From Octopus sinensis (Eukaryota), in the NCBI RefSeq assembly GCF_006345805.1, contig NC_043006.1, positions 90,210,001-90,274,000 on the forward strand: 64,000 bases of DNA, in the 5' to 3' direction. The position numbers and the translations under genes are program-made. Shown in pieces: positions 26,399 through 40,561 of the stretch. The notes under the pieces are model-generated. The model did no database searches and was not told the origin of the DNA. It saw only the letters and a list, made by a program, of their open reading frames with translations. How positions within the stretch are numbered: the stretch's first letter is position 1; each line of letters begins with the position of its first letter.

Positions 26399-27573
26399 GA
26401 GAGAGGAGAGAGAAAGAGAGAAAGAGAGAGAGACAGACAGAAAGACAGACAGACAGACAGACAGATAGAGAGCTATGCACACACATACACGCACAAAAGA
26501 CAGGGCTTCTGCCCAGGTGTTGCCCTCTAAATTCAACAAGAAGGCCTTTGTTAACCTGAGGCTAGAAGACATTTGACCAAACTGACAATTTGGATGTGAA
26601 GTAAATTTAATTACTCGGCCTCATAATGTATGTATGTGTGTGTGTAGAATGGTGGTTTTGAGAAATCCATTTATGGGTCATATCTACCAAATGTGTGTTT
26701 ATACATTATACTCAGAGATAATAATTAATATATGATAATATATGTTAATATAATGTTAATGACATGAAAGCGTAAGAATTTTAAAATATTTAAAGAAATA
26801 CAATTGAATTCCTTGGCCTCACATCAAACACAAGAATTATCTAATGATGTTTGATGCTTCCAACATTACATGGTGCCAACCAATGTTTCTCTTAGTCAGT
26901 CATAAAACAACAATTATCTGCCCTAATTAAATACATCGTTTATAGATCTCACCAAATTAATTTAATATTACAATTTTAAGCCGCTGGCAACACACTGCAT
27001 CTTACTTTTTTTTTATTATTAGATTAGTAATTAGAAAGTACAATATTTCACTTAATTTTAATTTTATTTTATTCTTTGTGGAATATATATGATGAGAGAA
27101 TGCAAACAAACACCTACAACAACAATCTGATGTGTGTGTTTGTGTGTGCATATATATATATATATATATCATCATCTTCCATGCTGGGTTGGATGGTTGA
27201 ATAGAATCTGACAAAGATGGAGAACTGTACTCTGCTCCAGTGTTTGTTCTAAGTAGCAGACAGTGAAGGAGTTGGTTTACAGTGCTTCAGAGTAAATCTT
27301 TTAATTATTGATACCATAACTGTTATAGAATTCTGAGCTCCCAGAAACTGCTGCTGCACTTCAAATAACATACATTCTCCCATTTAGTTATATTTCCAGT
27401 TTTTCTTCCTCTCAATGTATATCCCTATATATATCTACATGTGTGTGTGCGTGTGTGTGTGTATATGCGTATTATATATATCAAGCTCAATCATGTTTAT
27501 CTACATTTCTTTCTTCCCTTCTCTCTCTCTCTCTCTCTAATCTATCTATATATATATATATATATGTATATGA

Positions 27574-27627
<54 letters not shown>

Positions 27628-27636
27628 ATATATATA

Positions 27637-28176
27637 TATCATCATCATCGTCGTTTAACATCCGCTTTCCATGCTGGCATGGGTTGGATGGCTTGACTGA
27701 GGTCTGCCAAGCCAGAAGGCTGCACCAGGCTCCAATCTGATTTGGCAAGGTTTCTACAGCCGGATGCCCTTCTTAACACCAACCATCCCAAGAGTGTAGT
27801 GGGTGCTTGTTATGTGCCACTGGCATGAGGGCCAGTCAGGCAGTACTTTTATGTGCCACCAGCATGGGAGCCAGTCACGTGGCACTGGCATTGACCACAC
27901 TCAAATGGTGCTTTTTACATGCCACTGACATGGTAGTCAGTCAGGCGGCACTGGCAATGATCATGCTCAAATGGTGCTTTTTATGTGACACCGGCACAGG
28001 TACCAATCAGGCAGTACTGTCATCGGCCACAACAACAACTTCACTTGATTCAACAGGTCTTCACAAGCGCAGTTTATTGCCTAATGATTGAAGTGTACTC
28101 TTAAATGGGCCAGTTATGCTGCACTGGCACAAGCCACAGTTACGTTCTCACTGGGTTTGTCAGGTCTTCTCAAGCA
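27637..28176 (-). repeat. older RTE-LINE 3' UTR fragment
   Basis: (CAT)n plus reverse-complemented RTE terminus and diverged ~60-bp repeats. Confidence 0.7.
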
Positions 28177-28184
28177 TATGTATG

Positions 28185-28244
<60 letters not shown>

Positions 28245-28279
28245 TATATACACACATACACACATATACATATATAAGC

Positions 28280-28560
28280 ACACAAAGTGCAAAGAGAGAA
28301 AAGTTGGACATAAGGAGAATCAAATGTAGCATGCAAGAGAGAAGAGTACATTGGTTTGGACATGTGATGCGTATGAATGAGGACAGGTGCATAAAGGAGT
28401 AGCAATCACTGAAAGTGGATGGTGCCTGTGGAAGGGGGAGACCCAGGAAGACGTGGGATGAAGTGGTAAGGACTGATATCAGGAACATGGACCTTATGGA
28501 GGAAATGATCATGGAGCAAGATGTCTGGCAATATGAAGTTCTTGAGAAGACCTGCCCACA
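28280..28560 (+). pseudogene. RTE ORF2 C-terminal fragment
   Basis: [43 protein letters not shown]. Confidence 0.8.
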
Positions 28561-31442
28561 TCAGCAAAACTGTGTTCTAGAAGCGCTGTGTGTCCCACCC
28601 ACACCTAACAAGAAAACTTTTCTCACACTCTACCACAACTAACTAAACTACATCTTTACATCTCTTCTCTTCCTCACATTTCCGCTTCATGTACTACAAT
28701 TATCTTTCACTTCCTAATCTTGTCCTCTTGGCCCAGTGCCACTGTATCATTGGTCTCTGCTTGGCCCTGACCTCTGCATTCTGCCGACATGCCTTGTCTC
28801 ACTCTATTATTGCTATCTGCTAACCCCCGACCTGGATGTTCCACCCACACGTAGCAAGAAAACTTTTCCCTCACCCTACCCCAACAAGCCAATCTACGTC
28901 TCATCTTGCATTTCCTCATTCATTCACTATGCCTAGCTCTCACCCCTGTTCCTCTGTATCATTGCTATCAGCCTCTTCAACTTTCTATATACCCAGATCT
29001 TTCACCACTTACTTGCACTCTTTAATCACACTCCCTTTGCAATATTCTGTCACTTATATTATGGCATTTGAACCTCAATGGTATGCCCTGGCAACTGCCA
29101 CTATCTATATCTCTCTCTTCCTTTACTCAACCAACTCATCTGTACTCTCATCCCTGTTCCTTGTGAGTATGCCAGGCATTTTGCCACCATCTCCATCCTG
29201 CGGTCTCCCTCTCTCTTTCTCTTTCTTTCTCTTGCACTTCCCTCTGGTTGGGCAACCATGTATTTTCTTTGAGGTAGCGCCCTTGTTTCTCTCTTTATTC
29301 CTGATCTTTCTCTCTCTCCAGCCAGGTAACCTTGTACTTCCTCTACAGCAAGACATATGTCTCACTATAACCTTTTCATCATCACCTCCTCCAATGCCTC
29401 CTCCCATCTTAAAATTTTTGTCAATGTAGGTGCCACTTAAAAGCATCCAGTCCACCTGTCAAGTGGTTGGTGCTTCGAAGGGCATCCAGCTTTAAAAACC
29501 TTGCCACGAATAGGCAAATCAGTAAATCCCCCTCTACATAGTCACTCATTCTCCTAGAAATAGCAGCAAAATTTGTTAACAATCATAAAAAGAAAGGACA
29601 CATTAGATGATGTAGTCCTGGATACACTAAGGCTTCAAAGGAAAGAAATGGTTTTAAAAAAGATAGGTTGATTGTAGGTCTGTTCAGTCATCGTCATCCT
29701 GGAGTTAAAAAAGAACAACAACAACAGCCCATATCTATTGTGTCTGATGGAACATGCAAATAAGGGAACTGGCTCTTCTAGAAATAGCAACTAAATCTCC
29801 CAACAATCACATGCTATCATTTTAGATAAGGAAAAGACACATTAGATAGCATAGTCCTTAGAAGCCCATAAAAAGATGGGATGATCACAGGATGGAATGA
29901 TGTTCATAAAACTGCACCAATGAAAATTTCCATGCTTAGAAAGTTGACGCCATGAAAGTTCAAAAATGAAACTCTTAAACAGATTATCTTTAAAATATGT
30001 GGAAATAGAAATGAAAATTAAAAAAAAAAAGGATTAAAATCTCTTTAAAGCATCGAGAAATAATTAATGAATTCATTTGTTGGTTGTTCCATAACAGATG
30101 GTATTGGAATCCCGTGAAGATGCAATTCTTCTCATTTTTAATTGCAGCATTCAAAGAGTTTACAGCTCTCGTGTGCTTTTACCATTAGACTTTATTCTGT
30201 ACAGGTGTGTGGCTTCCAGAACAAAAACAAAACCATTTTACTTGTAGGAATTTGTGTTTTGTATGTGTCATTATAATAACTCATCGAATATCAGGTCAGA
30301 TCAGGTGTTTTAGAGACTTCTACAAACAGAGAACAAAGACCATTCTATTACATCAAAGTGATTGGTAGAGATACACATCATCATTGTCATCATTCAACGG
30401 CTTCTTTCAATGCTGGCATGGGTTGGACGGTTTGACAGGAGCTAGCAAGATGGAGAGATGCACCAAATTCCATTGTCCACTTTGGCTGGATGCTCTTCCT
30501 AATGCCAACTGTTTTACAGAGTGTTCCCGGTGCTTTTCATGTGGCACCAGCACTGGTGCGCTCTACATGACACTGATACCAGCAGGTCACCATAAAATTA
30601 AGAATCTACCAAAGCTAAAAAGGTCAGATATCCCTAAAGCTGCTTGAAGAAGAAGCATTTGATATCACCAGATCTTTCAAAAGTTATTAAAGTTTATTGT
30701 TGAACAAAGAAATGTCCTTTGAATTAAATTCTGTTCCTTGGCTCTTTGGGAAGTATTTGCGATGGAAGCCTGAAGTTGACTGTTATTTTGTGAGCTAAAA
30801 TTTAGTAGCTAGAAACTGTGCAGAGGTTCATCGTATATTCATTTGACACCAGCCTTTTTATGCTGGCATGGGTTGGGAGGATAACTATTTGAGGCAGTAT
30901 TTTAATAGATGAGTGTCTTTCCATTTCTCATCTCCTGTTTTACACTTGAGAAATTCTTTTCTTTCCACTGAACTTCAAAACTTCAGAGCAAAAGAACGTA
31001 TCAATCACAAGGAATGTAAACTTGATATTACCATTTTATACACACACACACATTCTGTTTTGCCTGAGGATTCATCAAAAACTTTGTCCTTTAGTCTAAA
31101 TGGCCACACCATATTTTTGTGAACTGGTTATTTCCAAGAATATTTATGTATAGACACCTATATACATGTGTATGTGTGTGTGTGTGTGAGTGTGAGTGTA
31201 TTCAAATACACAAACACACATGCATTTATATGCATGTGTGTGTACACACACATATCCACTGCCTAGCATAGCACCATCATCTGGTGACTTCAGTGCTTTT
31301 CTCAAAAGCTCTTTTGTTGCAAGCATTTAGAACAACAACATTCTGGTTTGAGGATATCTTCTTCTGTCTCTCCCACCTGCCTCGGAGACCTTATAAGGGG
31401 TGATGGTCACTGCCTTCCCCTTTGACTAAAATATATATATAT

Positions 31443-31509
<67 letters not shown>

Positions 31510-32199
31510 GCATATCATAATATATGTGTGCTTGTGTGTGGTGTAATTGATGTATTGAATTATCTAGACCCGTCTTTTGTATGAAAAGTGTAAATCTTAG
31601 GTGTTCAATAGCTATAGCTCAATAAATTAGTACCAGACATAAATAAATGCTGGGGTCAATATAATTAAGTAAAAAATTCATGTCAGTGCTCCAGTATGGT
31701 CACAGTGAAGTAAATGAAACCCATAAAAGAATAGAAAAATAACCTGCAAATCTGATAACAGAAGCAAGAAGAGATCCCTCGTTACCAATCTATTGGGCTA
31801 CAGTTGGAAGCTATCTGATTTGAAATCACATCAGCTGATTTTCTGTACAAACATTGTATTGTTGGTTTATGAGACACATGGAAACACGTACGAAGCTTCA
31901 AAAAAAAAAAAAAAAAAGAAAATCACTCATTCATGCTTCACAAGCAAGTACAATGGTCCATTACACAGTTGTCACAGTTACAGCAAGTGCAATATGTACA
32001 CAATTATTGAGTACCTGACTAATGACTCACCCACCCTCCCACTTCACTGTTTCCACCATCACCACCATCTCTCCATCCTGCCTCAACACCAGGTGGTCAA
32101 GCAGTGCACCAAGTAAATGACATATAGAATTTCTCATCATTGATATTGTGTGCATCAGTGCATCATCATCATCATCATCATTAACAACATTACTGCTAT

Positions 32200-32850
32200 T
32201 AACATTATTCTTATTTATTTAGTTATTCATTATTGTGTTTGTTTTTGTAATACACAAGTTTTTACATGCTTACTGCGTTAGTAAATTTATCCTGGAATTT
32301 TAGGACAACAATTCTTCTCAAATCTCAAGAAATTTTCTCAGGATTCTTGCAGAATCAGCCTCCACAGTAGCAATTTCAGAATTGTACCAAATGCACAAGT
32401 TATTACAGGAACAATTTCCCTCTTGTGCTCCACAATCTCTCCATATCTCTTGGCTAAGTTTTGAATATTTCTCAATTTTCCCAGTTTCCTTGATATCTGC
32501 TCTATTATAATATGGTATCCCAAGGTCCAGCATCTCTCATCCTTTCTTCATTCTATCCTCAACCACTAATAGTAGTTGATCTTCTCACTTTAATCGTACG
32601 ATCAGTCTCAAAGGAGAAATCCCATCAAATCCTGTAATTACCATTTACCATCTCGACCTTTCATTCTTATTTTATGCTGCTTTTTCATCACTTCAAATCC
32701 ACAAATACGGATAACAGTCCATTGCTCTCTTGATCCGACACAGTCAAACCAGCATTTATATTCCTTTCGTGAACTCACTCAGAAGATATTTAATACTTTC
32801 ATCCCCTTTTCCACACATTCATTTGTTTTATTAAGTCAATTCTAAAGTCC
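32200..32850 (-). pseudogene. fossil RLE-type (R4/Dong/NeSL-like) non-LTR retrotransposon C-terminus
   Basis: Broken frames give WDFSFETDRTIK.RR, LDLGIPY..KE..KIEKYSKLSQEIW and IVPVITCAFGTI, resembling the restriction-like endonuclease region. Confidence 0.6.
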
Positions 32851-33377
32851 TGCTCTTTTATCATTATTATCATCATTATCATCATCATCATCATTATTAT
32901 GATAGGATGATGTATTGTCAGCATCCTTAAGCACAATCAGACAAAATGGTTCAATGCTCGCAGTTTAATCCTGCTGAAGTCAACTTTACTTCTCAACCCT
33001 CACAGATAAATAAAATGAAGTACCAAGTCAAGTACAGACAGTGATGTACTTGACTGACCCCACACCCACCATCTCCAATCAAAAATACTGTGCTTGAGAT
33101 TATATTACACATCATCATCAACAACAGTAACAGCAGCATTATAATAATTACTATTATGGGGATGGTACAACGGTAGAATTGTTAGAGGATTGGACAAAAT
33201 GTTTTGCAGGATTTCTTCCAGCTGTAGGCAGTCTGGGTTCAAATCCTGCCGAGGCCAATTTGGCTTTTCATCCTTTCAGGGTTAATAAAATATATCAAGT
33301 ATTAGAAGGAGTTGATGCAATCAATGAAGCCCCTCCCTTCAAAACAGCAGGCCGTGTGTCTGCATTAGAAGTGAATA

Positions 33378-33525
33378 CATTATTTACATTATTTACATTT
33401 CATGGATATTTGTCCTCATCTTGCTTGTTGTTAACACAATATTTCGGGTGATAAACCCTCCATCCGTCAAATGTACATAATGTAAATAATGTACATAATT
33501 CCTCATTGCTTAAATATAAAACTGT
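33378..33525. mobile_element. truncated, internally inverted copy of the hammerhead-bearing tRNA-headed element
   Basis: Matches the arms of 41373-41780; flanked by the imperfect direct repeat TAGAAGTGAATA / TAGAAGAAAATA. Confidence 0.6.
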
Positions 33526-34129
33526 AGAAGAAAATATTTAGGGCAAGGAACTGGCAGGATCATCTGGACTGCAGACAACATGTTATGCTAGTATTTTCTA
33601 TGTCTTGGTTTCAAATCCTGCTAAGGTAAACAAACATTGCTTTTCCTCTCTTCAAGGGTGACAAACCACCAGGCTCAATTGAATCAACTAATCTTTAAAT
33701 TGCTGGTTTTAGGCCAAAATCAGAAACAGTTATTATTATTATTGTTTTGTGGCTGGGTGGTTAAGAAGTTTGCTTTGCTAACAACATGGTTCTGGGTTCA
33801 GTCCCACTGCATGGCACATTGGGCAAGTGTCTTCCAAGTAGGCCAATGTCATGTGACTGAATTTGGCAGACAGAAATTATGGGGAAGCTCATTGTATGTG
33901 TGTGTGCATGCGTGTGTGCTCCTCTACAACCTCCTGATATCTGGTGTTGGTTTAAAAGCTACAATACGTACCAAACTTTAAAAATTGATGTGTTCAAGTA
34001 ACCCTTCAAGGTGGTGCTCCAGCATGACCACACACCAATGATTCAAATAAATTAAAGGTAAAAAGACAAGCTTCTGTAACACCATCAGTTATACAAGCGA
34101 TGGTGACTGGGCAAACACACACACTAACA

Positions 34130-34198
34130 GACACATAAATATATACACACAGACATATACATACATATATATATACATACATACATATATATATATAT

Positions 34199-34229
<31 letters not shown>

Positions 34230-34484
34230 CATACATACATACACATATATATATACATACATACATACACATATATATATACATACATACATATATATAT
34301 ACATATATACATACATACACATATATATATATACATACATACACATATATATATACATACATACACATATATATACATACATACATATATATATATACAT
34401 ACATATATATATATACATATATATATAATATATATATACATACATACATACATATATAATATATATACATACATATATATATAT

Positions 34485-34523
<39 letters not shown>

Positions 34524-34579
34524 CATATATATATATATACATACATATATATATAATATATATATATATATACATACAT

Positions 34580-34620
<41 letters not shown>

Positions 34621-34688
34621 CATTATATATATATATATACATATATATATATACATATATACATATATATATACATATATATATATAC

Positions 34689-34721
<33 letters not shown>

Positions 34722-34815
34722 ATATAATATATATATATACATACATACATATATATATACACATATATATATATATATATGTATGTGTGTATAAATATAT
34801 GTATGTATATATATG
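34130..34815. repeat. long (TA)n/(TACA)n microsatellite
   Basis: Low-complexity tract. Confidence 0.95.
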
Positions 34816-35459
34816 TGAATATGAAATTCCTCTTCATTTCTCTGGAAACTTACATCTACACCATTGGAAATTGTGCATCTATACAAAGGATTAATTCACC
34901 CTCTCTGTAATGCTAATAAGCAGGAATTGAGACCCACCTCGTTGTGATTAACAATGGATAAATTTGTCTTCTGTGAGTATGTAATCCCTCATCATATCTC
35001 TGGAAATTCATATGTGCTCTATGGAATCCATAGATGCTATTAGAACTTTTTTAAAATTCTGTGATAAGACTGTACATCATCTTTAAAGAACTTTAATGAA
35101 CTTTGGAAATCTGTTTATGTTACTTAATTATCTACATTACTTCATGAGTATAGCCTCAACCACTAGGATGTCTAGAGAACTCACATGTATTTTAGCTGAT
35201 GAGTACGGGACACGTTTATATGCTGTAATTTTTACAACTTTTAATAAAGCCTGTCCTTGTATGAAACGATTGTACTAAAAACCTATCCATTATTGTTGCT
35301 TCTTTCTCGCTTATAATCACCCCACATTACTGTATTGTTAAAACAGTATAGTTTTCTTTTGGTGCATCTAAGTTAGGTACCATATTCAAGTAAATTCATT
35401 TAAATTAACTTGAATCTTTATTGCTTTTTGTATGTATATATATATATATATATATATAT

Positions 35460-35621
35460 CATCATCATCATCATCATCGTTTAGCGTCCGTTTTCCATGC
35501 TAGCATGGGTTGGACGGTTCTACTGGGGTCTGTGAAGCCAGAAGGCTTCATCAGGCCCAGTCAAATCTGGCAGTGTTTCTACGGCTTGATGCCCTTCCTA
35601 ACGCCAACCACTCCGTGAGTG

Positions 35622-35622
<1 letters not shown>
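35460..35622 (-). repeat. inverted copy of the 3' end of the adjacent RTE insertion
   Basis: Near-identical reverse complement of 36755-36911, sharing the variants CCCCAGTAGAACCG and GGAAAACGGACGC. Confidence 0.8.
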
Positions 35623-35653
<31 letters not shown>

Positions 35654-35704
35654 TATACACATACAGACACACACATACAGACACATAAATATATACATGC
35701 AAAC

Positions 35705-36911
35705 ATAGAAAAACTAGAAATAGTTGATAGTTTCCGTTACCTAGGTGACCAAGTCAGCAGCGGGGGCGGGTGTGCTGAAAGTGTAACTGCTAGAGTAAGA
35801 ATAGCTTGGGCAAAGTTCAGAGAGCTCTTACCTCTGCTGGTGACAAAAGGCCTCTCGCACAGAGTGAAAGGCAGACTGTATGATGCGTGTGTACGAACAG
35901 CCATGCTACATGGCAGTGAAACATGGGCCGTGACTGCTGAGGATATGCGTAAGCTCGCTAGAAATGAAGCCAGTATGCTCCGATGGATGTGTAATGCCGG
36001 TACTCACACTCGGCAGAGTGTAAGTACCTTGAGAGAAAAGCTGGACCTAAGAAGCATCAGTTGTGGTGTGCAAGAGAGACGTTTGCGCTGGTATGGTCAT
36101 GTGGCGAGAATGGATGAAGATAGTTGTGTGAAAAAGTGCCACACCCTAGTGGTTGAGGGAACCTGTGGAAGAGGCAGACCCAGGAAAACCTGGGACGAGG
36201 TGGTGAAGCACGACCTTCGAACTTTAGGTCTCACTGAGGAAATGACTAGAGACCGAGACCTCTGGAAGTGTGCTGTGCGCGAGAAGACCCGGCAGGACAA
36301 GTGAGTCCATAACCCTGGCCTTCTACATGGGATGGAGCCAGCCTACGTATGCATACCTTCCCTTCTTGGGACACAAAACTCTACTTGTGAAGACGTGATG
36401 AGGCAAGTGAGGATCAGAATCGAAATCGATCAATGGAAATTGCGGATGTGCTACCAGTGCCGGTGGCATGTCAAAACTCTGCTTGTGAAGACCCGTTGAG
36501 GCAAGTGACGATCAGAATCGAAATCGATCAATGGAAATCGATCAATGGAAATTGCAGATGTGTTACCAGTGCCGGTGGCATGTAAGAGAACTTTCCGTTT
36601 CGCGACCATTGCCAGCACCGCCCCGTTTCGTGTCGTGTCCGTTGCCAGCCTCGCCTGGCCCTCGTGCCGGTGGCACATAAAAAGCACCATCCGTTCGTGG
36701 CCGTTTGCCAGCTCTGTCTGGCACCAGTGCGGGTGGCACGTAAAAAGCACCCACTACACTCACGGAGTGGTTGGCGTTAGGAAGGGCATCCAGCCGTAGA
36801 AACACTGCCAGATTTGACTGGGCCTGATGAAGCCTCTGGCTTCACAGACCCCAGTAGAACCGTCCAACCCATGCTAGCATGGAAAACGGACGCTAAACGA
36901 TGATGATGATG
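35705..36911 (+). mobile_element. RTE-clade LINE, 5'-truncated
   Basis: Open frame EKLEIVDSFRYLG..GRGRPRKTW..KTRQDK* to 36304; 3' UTR with ~100-bp internal duplication; (GAT)n tail. Confidence 0.9.
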
Positions 36912-36947
<36 letters not shown>

Positions 36948-36989
36948 CATACATACATATATATATACACATATATATACATATGTATG

Positions 36990-37040
<51 letters not shown>

Positions 37041-37103
37041 GTATGTATGTATATGTTTGCATGTATATATTTATGTGTCTGTATGTGTATATATATGTAT
37101 ATA

Positions 37104-37137
<34 letters not shown>

Positions 37138-37171
37138 CATATACATATATATATATATACATATATATACA

Positions 37172-37206
<35 letters not shown>

Positions 37207-37285
37207 TACATATATATATATATATACACATATATATATATATATATATATACTATATATATATATATATCATATATATATATAC

Positions 37286-37347
<62 letters not shown>

Positions 37348-37380
37348 ATGTTTGTATGTATATATTTATGTGTCTGTAAT
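36912..37380. repeat. (TA)n/(TACA)n microsatellite
   Basis: Low-complexity tract. Confidence 0.95.
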
Positions 37381-37462
37381 GTGTGTGTCTACTATAGTCT
37401 CGGGCCAACCAAGCCTTGTGAGTGGATTTGGTAGACAGAAACTAAAAGAAGCCCATCGTGTG

Positions 37463-37498
<36 letters not shown>

Positions 37499-37724
37499 GT
37501 GTATATTGCCAAAGATAGAAAGATAGACAGACATATAGTCAAATGCTGGTCTTACTTTCTCTCTCTAAATGGTAATATTATGTTAGCAGCTGGGGTCTTG
37601 CACTCTCAGTCTCTTAAATGCCATAGAAACTGGAATAATCATCAGTCTATAGTTTTGTAGTATAACCCTGGGCCAACCAAAAGCATGTAAGCAGATTTGA
37701 TAGACATAAAACTGTTTGTGTGAT

Positions 37725-37775
<51 letters not shown>

Positions 37776-37779
37776 GGTG

Positions 37780-38085
37780 CAAGTGTTGGTGGTTAGAGTA
37801 TTCAGCTCACAAGCATAAGGTCATGAGTTCGATTCTCAGCAGCAGGTTGTGAACTTGAACAAGACACTTTACTCCATGTTGTTCCAGACCACTCAGCTGG
37901 CAACAATGAGCTGTACCTATAATCCCAAAGGGGCCAGCCTTATCACATTCTGTGTCACACTAAATCTCCCTGAGAATCACAGTAAGGGTACATTTGTCTC
38001 TGTGGAGTACTCAGCCACATGCACGTTAATTTAATGAGCTGGCTCTTCTGTTGAACCCTCATCATCATAGCTGACAAAGTGCTAT
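37780..38085 (+). mobile_element. tRNA-derived SINE (family D), diverged
   Basis: GGTGGTTAGAG..GAGTTCGATTCTC head, TTGAACAAGACACTTTACTCC core-like segment, GCACGTTAA segment. Confidence 0.55.
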
Positions 38086-39309
38086 TTGTGTGTGTGTGTC
38101 CTTATCTTGACAGCTTGACCCCATGAGACAGATGGAAATGAATTTCACCATCCTACAAACAATAGCATTTCTTGCCAATTATCCATGAAAATCTACCTCA
38201 ATGAATTCAGTCTGAGCGAAACAAGAACGGAAAAGTTGATGTTAAACAACAAGGATTATATTTATAATGATTCAGGACTACCATAAAGTTTTGATCTCCA
38301 AAATTGCTCCCACTAATTAAGCTGATTAGATGTTAACGATGCATTTGCTCAAGTTAAATTTTAGAGTGACCAAACCAGGAACCACACTGGCCACTGACAC
38401 TAACTCTTCATCACACACACACACACACACATCCATGCGTGTGTCCACAGATGGTTGTCAATGGAAACAATGGAGCAAAATGAAGAGAAATCAATAATGT
38501 CATCAGATTCATTGATCACCATCCATCAGATGATTGCTTTTCCCCACCGTGCTTGGTTTGGTTGGAAGTGTTTTAATCAAACAGGAATGAACCAACATAT
38601 TCTGGCTGCTGACTGACAAAGGACAATCACTTGAAGCGAACAATGAGGACAAGCTAAAGAGGAGCACAACAAATGCTGGGTTAACTAAAGGGAGAGCTTC
38701 ATTGGTGCTGCAGTTGAAACAAATGGATCTCTTCCTTTCTCTCACACACACAACACACACATAGACTTGTACAGAAACATACTCATATATACACAAAAAA
38801 CACACTCATATATATATATACACTACCCACACCTCATATCCAGCTCACTGATATGCCACATAGTCACACACGCATTCACTTTTACCCCCTCCCCTGCACA
38901 CACACGTAACCACACACTGATAGTTGTTTCAAGCCCCACTCCAAGCCCTGCTTCCACCCCATACAATGGCAGAAGTGTTAGGGCACCTTGCTAAATGTTT
39001 CATGTTATATTGCTTTGTCTCTTTATATTCTGTGTTGAAATCTAAACATGTTTAAATACACTGAAAATATTAAAATAGGTGAAGGACAAAGTCTGGAGTG
39101 ATACATTCAACATTTCTGACAGCAACTGAAATTGTCAAAACTCTTCCTCAGACAATCTGTTGCTCATTCAGGCCCTTACCTAATCCCTACAATTCAGCTC
39201 TTTTACCCATGGCCAAATTAGAAACTAGTTATATATTGAGGTTTGATCAAAGAACTATAACCTCTTTCTTTAAAATATGACCATGTGCTAAAGCTAAAAT
39301 GTTACTATC

Positions 39310-39675
39310 ATCATCCATCATTGCCGCCATCATCCCTCACTGCCGTCATCATCCCTCATTGCCGTCATCATTCCTCATTGCCGTCATCATCCCTCACTGC
39401 CGTCACCATCCCTAATTGCCGTCATCATCCTTCATTGCCGTCATCTTCCCTCACTGCCGTCATCATCCCTCACTGCCGTCATCATCCCTCATTGTCATCA
39501 TCATCCCTCACTGCCGTCATCATCCCTCACTGCCGTCATCATCCCTCACTGCCGTCATCATCCCTTACTGCTGTCATCATCCCTCATTGCCGTCATCATC
39601 CCTCATTGCCGTCATCATCCTTCATTGCCGTCATCATCCCTCACTGCCGTCATAATCCCTCATTGCCGTCATTAT
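39310..39675. repeat. 19-bp minisatellite (TGCCGTCATCATCCCTCAY), about 19 copies
   Basis: Direct reading of the tandem units. Confidence 0.9.
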
Positions 39676-40412
39676 CACCAGAGCTGAAGACACCTCCAAG
39701 GAGGGGGGACGTCAAAACGGTAGAGGAGTAGGGGCAGAAACTGGACGTGGTTCCTCCTGATGATGTCTTGAGCTAACTGGGTCCTATAAAGGAGTTGTTG
39801 TGGTAGCAGACCATGAAACACGGTTGTAATTCCTAAGCTCACACCTCAAACTTCTCACTCACATTGCCCTCAGACTTCTCTAATACAACTCTCTCTCTCT
39901 CTTCCTCATTGTCACATGGAGGGCAAAAACCCCTAAAGCACTTCATTCTTCATCCCTTGCACCCTTGAAGCAAGCACACTGACAAAGCTCTCTTACAAAC
40001 TTTCCTCTTTACTAAGTGCTCCCAACCCAGAACGGAACCAGCTTCCTCAGTTTCAGAAATTTTAACCCAGAAAACAGATATGCAATGAGTAAAAAATACA
40101 CACACAACAAAAGAACCCCACAAAACAAAACAATATTAATCAATGGATCATATTAATTTTATTTTTCTGACAAGTGGAGGGAAACAATTCCCAAATTAGT
40201 CACACAAACGTTATCACCAGAATAAAATTTCCTTTGTTACTTTTTTGAGAATTACTATTTACTTGAATCAAAGTGCTGTAGAGGAAGTAGAAGGTTACCC
40301 AACTGGAGAGAGAGAGGGGAGGAGAGAGAGAGGACAGAAACAGGTGTATAATTTACAGGTCTGATAGAATCTAGAAAAAGCACTCCATCTAGTGAGATAT
40401 AAATATTTTAGT

Positions 40413-40561
40413 TAAATACACAATCGAAAGAACCATTAATAGTTTCATGATTTTTGATACTTAAACAGGCACATAATTAAACATGATGTATTTTATAAAT
40501 ATGCCTGTTCAAGTATCATCAAAGCATGAAACTATTAATGGTTCCTTTGACTGTGTATTTA
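40413..40561. repeat. imperfect fold-back (MITE-like), ~60-bp arms
   Basis: TAAATACACAATCGAAAGAACCATTAATAGTTTCATG..AACAGGCA pairs with TGCCTGTT..CATGAAACTATTAATGGTTCCTTTGACTGTGTATTTA. Confidence 0.75.

Noticed and set aside
28836-29455. 197-aa and 110-aa ORFs
   Set aside because: CT-rich low-complexity sequence downstream of an RTE fragment, probably old UTR
39285-39731. 148-aa repetitive ORF
   Set aside because: Product of the 19-bp minisatellite
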